This document shows, in pieces, positions 61,639-64,000 of a DNA stretch of 64,000 bases. The stretch lies in contig JAUCBJ010004059.1 of NCBI GenBank assembly GCA_032718475.1, forward strand, positions 11,013 through 75,012, written 5' to 3'. Each line of letters begins with the position of its first letter. Position 1 is the first letter of the stretch. The notes beneath the pieces were generated by a model. That model worked only from the letters and a program-made list of their open reading frames with translations. It had not been told where the DNA came from and ran no database searches. A program made the translations under genes and the position numbers. The stretch comes from Nemertoderma westbladi. Lineage: Eukaryota; Animalia; Xenacoelomorpha.

Positions 61639-64000
61639 GAAACCAAAGAACAAAAAACATAAATTTAAAAATCTCTGTACCAGACTTCAATTAAATACAC
61701 GTGCAAATGCCATATACACAGTAACACTCCAAATACTGCTATCATATTGTAAATACAATATTGTATATACAATTATATTTATTGCATAAATAACAAATAG
61801 CTTCTCGTATTATAAAACAACGGTACGCTACTTCAACTACAATGTTTCTAGCGTAACAATTGTAACTAGCGCACAAAAAAATAAAAAATATAAACAATTT
61901 AGCTTAGAATGAAATGTAAAAATATTATTGCAACAAGTAGTACTGTATATTTAAGAAATACATAAAAAGCACAAAAAAATAGTATTGGAATTAAGGATTA
62001 TTACAAACCAGTAGCAGTAAGGGAGTACACTAAGGCTACATTGCATTTTGGTAACGAGGGTAAGCTGAGGCTTTATTGTTGGGGAGAGAGGCCGGGCGTT
62101 CAGATGTATGATTGGTGATCTCACATAGGCAGATGGTTGCTGCATCGGTACATGAGAGAGAATATAGGGGGGGGGGGGGCTGGTTCTAACTACGGCAGGC
62201 AAATTCACTTGGAATGGTTGAACAACGGGTTAACGGACTGAGGGAGCTTGCTTCCGGCATGCCAGTACATCTGACCTACTACGTCACTCAATGCAATAAA
62301 GGTCAACACGGTTGCTTAGTAACGCAAGGTAAACAAACATGAAATACAGATAAAATTAGAAATCTGATAAAATTTAAATTATAATATATGAATAACAGCC
62401 GCAATATGATAATATTAATTGGCAATATATTGGCTAAATTTATTATTTATTATTTAACACCAAAGCAAATATCTCAACCATCCAAATTAATTGATTCAGC
62501 CCTTCTGTAACATAGGTTTTAGTAAACACCTGGTATTCTTCACATGGGTGCAAAACACAATGTGAATAATAGCAGAATGTCTGGTATACTTCACATGGGC
62601 ATGGGCGTAAAAAATATGTAAAACTTTCCCATCTACGTTTTACTAGAAGTGCGTTAGGAAATGTGAGAGTGCGTGTAAATAATGCCTGCCTTTATATTAT
62701 GGTTTACAATGCACAGAAATAAGTGCATGTATGTGTATTAGTTACACCCAAGTGTAGACGTCGACACCGGTACGTAACAGGATATAGGCATACATACATC
62801 AGTTACAGTAAGTAATCCGTGGTTAGATTATGAAGGACAGTTTAATTGGCCCTCCAGTTTCATATCAAATGCATTAACCGAAGGACACAAGCGATTAACG
62901 GTTTCCTGTGTGTCCTTTACATCGGTGCCAAACAGGTACTGGTAACACAATGGGATGTAAGTCCCAATGAAACAGTATATTAGCGATATTGAGAATTAAG
63001 TATATGTAAGTCCAGATAATGTAGGTCCCAAAACAATTTGGGGGCCATCATTACCTTAGCCTTTATAACTTGTCCGTCACATGCAATCTCACCAAGAACG
63101 GTTATAGATTTTCGGACCTAAACACTCCCAACTTTCCTACCACCACCCTGTGGGTGGTTGAACAAAATTTTGAACCAAATTATTGGAGCTTAAATATAAA
63201 TAAAATATCAATTTAAAAATAACTATAATAATAATAACTTTCAAAATAGTTTTGAAATAATATATGAAATGAAATAATATAATATAATATGCAATAGTGA
63301 CAAGGTGCTTAAATTAACCCCCCCACCCCCCGCGCCACTCGCTGGACTCTTAGATGTATAAATATACCCGCCCAAGTGAAGAATATCAGGTTTTCACTTT
63401 TCCGTCGACTTTTTATTGTAATTTTAAATATGAAGAATTTGTATTTCTTTTAATTTCTCCTCATTAAGTGTTTAAAGTGATTATCTCTTTCTTATAACCT
63501 GTACAGATAAAAATATTTTTCCTAAAATATACAATTATAAAAATTGACAAGCTAGGTGGTTAATCAATTAATTTAAAAAAACGTAGGTCAATTTTTAGAA
63601 ATGAAATTTTTCCGCTCTTCCAATTAATTGTTTATAATTATAAAATATTATATAATAGAGGGTCTTTCTAAATATATTTCAAGGCCTATTTGATTAAATA
63701 AATAACACTGTAAAAAACAGATTGACAAAAAACATTTAAATTTTAGTTTAGTTAGACTGCACTAATTGTAATAAATATACCGGGGGGGGGGGGGGGGGGG
63801 GGGGGGTCAAATGTCATACCTCTCCAGGGAAAAAAATCTAAGCAAATAACTGTTGATTACTCTTAAAAATAAAACTGTAACCTGTTCTATTGACTTTACT
63901 TTATTGTATTACATAGAATAGAATAACGTGCACATGTAACCTGATCCTTTCCTAGTGTCCCTTAAACGATAATTTAATATTGAAATGATATATTCATCGC

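Overview
AT-rich eukaryotic genomic DNA, probably from an invertebrate animal (spliceosomal introns, LINEs, satellites). It is not prokaryotic and has no CRISPR array. Host genes: the last coding exon of a TDP-43-like RRM/Gly-rich protein (6233-6955 +), an intronless IPMK (21019-21918 +), a 2-exon GTF3C5/TFIIIC tau95 (40146-41964 -), a 3-exon DENND11/LCHN (47273-49224 +) and a glutamate carboxypeptidase II/NAALAD-like M28 peptidase with an intronless CDS (57385-59721 -). The 8-35 kb region holds several tandem arrays (33, 35, 31, 41/30 and 87 bp units) and nested mobile elements: a Transib (RAG1-related) transposon with a 5-bp TSD and RSS-like asymmetric ends, a CRE-like retrotransposon inside it, RTE and CR1/L2 LINEs, and MULE-, Tc1- and Harbinger-like MITEs. 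The main hidden signal is absent from the ORF track: a hand-spliced five-exon micro-exon gene (53955-54773 -) encoding a 54-aa secreted peptide with a 6-Cys mature region. A diverged tandem paralog (49817-51395 -) has lost the Cys micro-exons and may have recruited a different, N-glycosylated pro-peptide-like exon. All gene models are manual readings and need transcript evidence.
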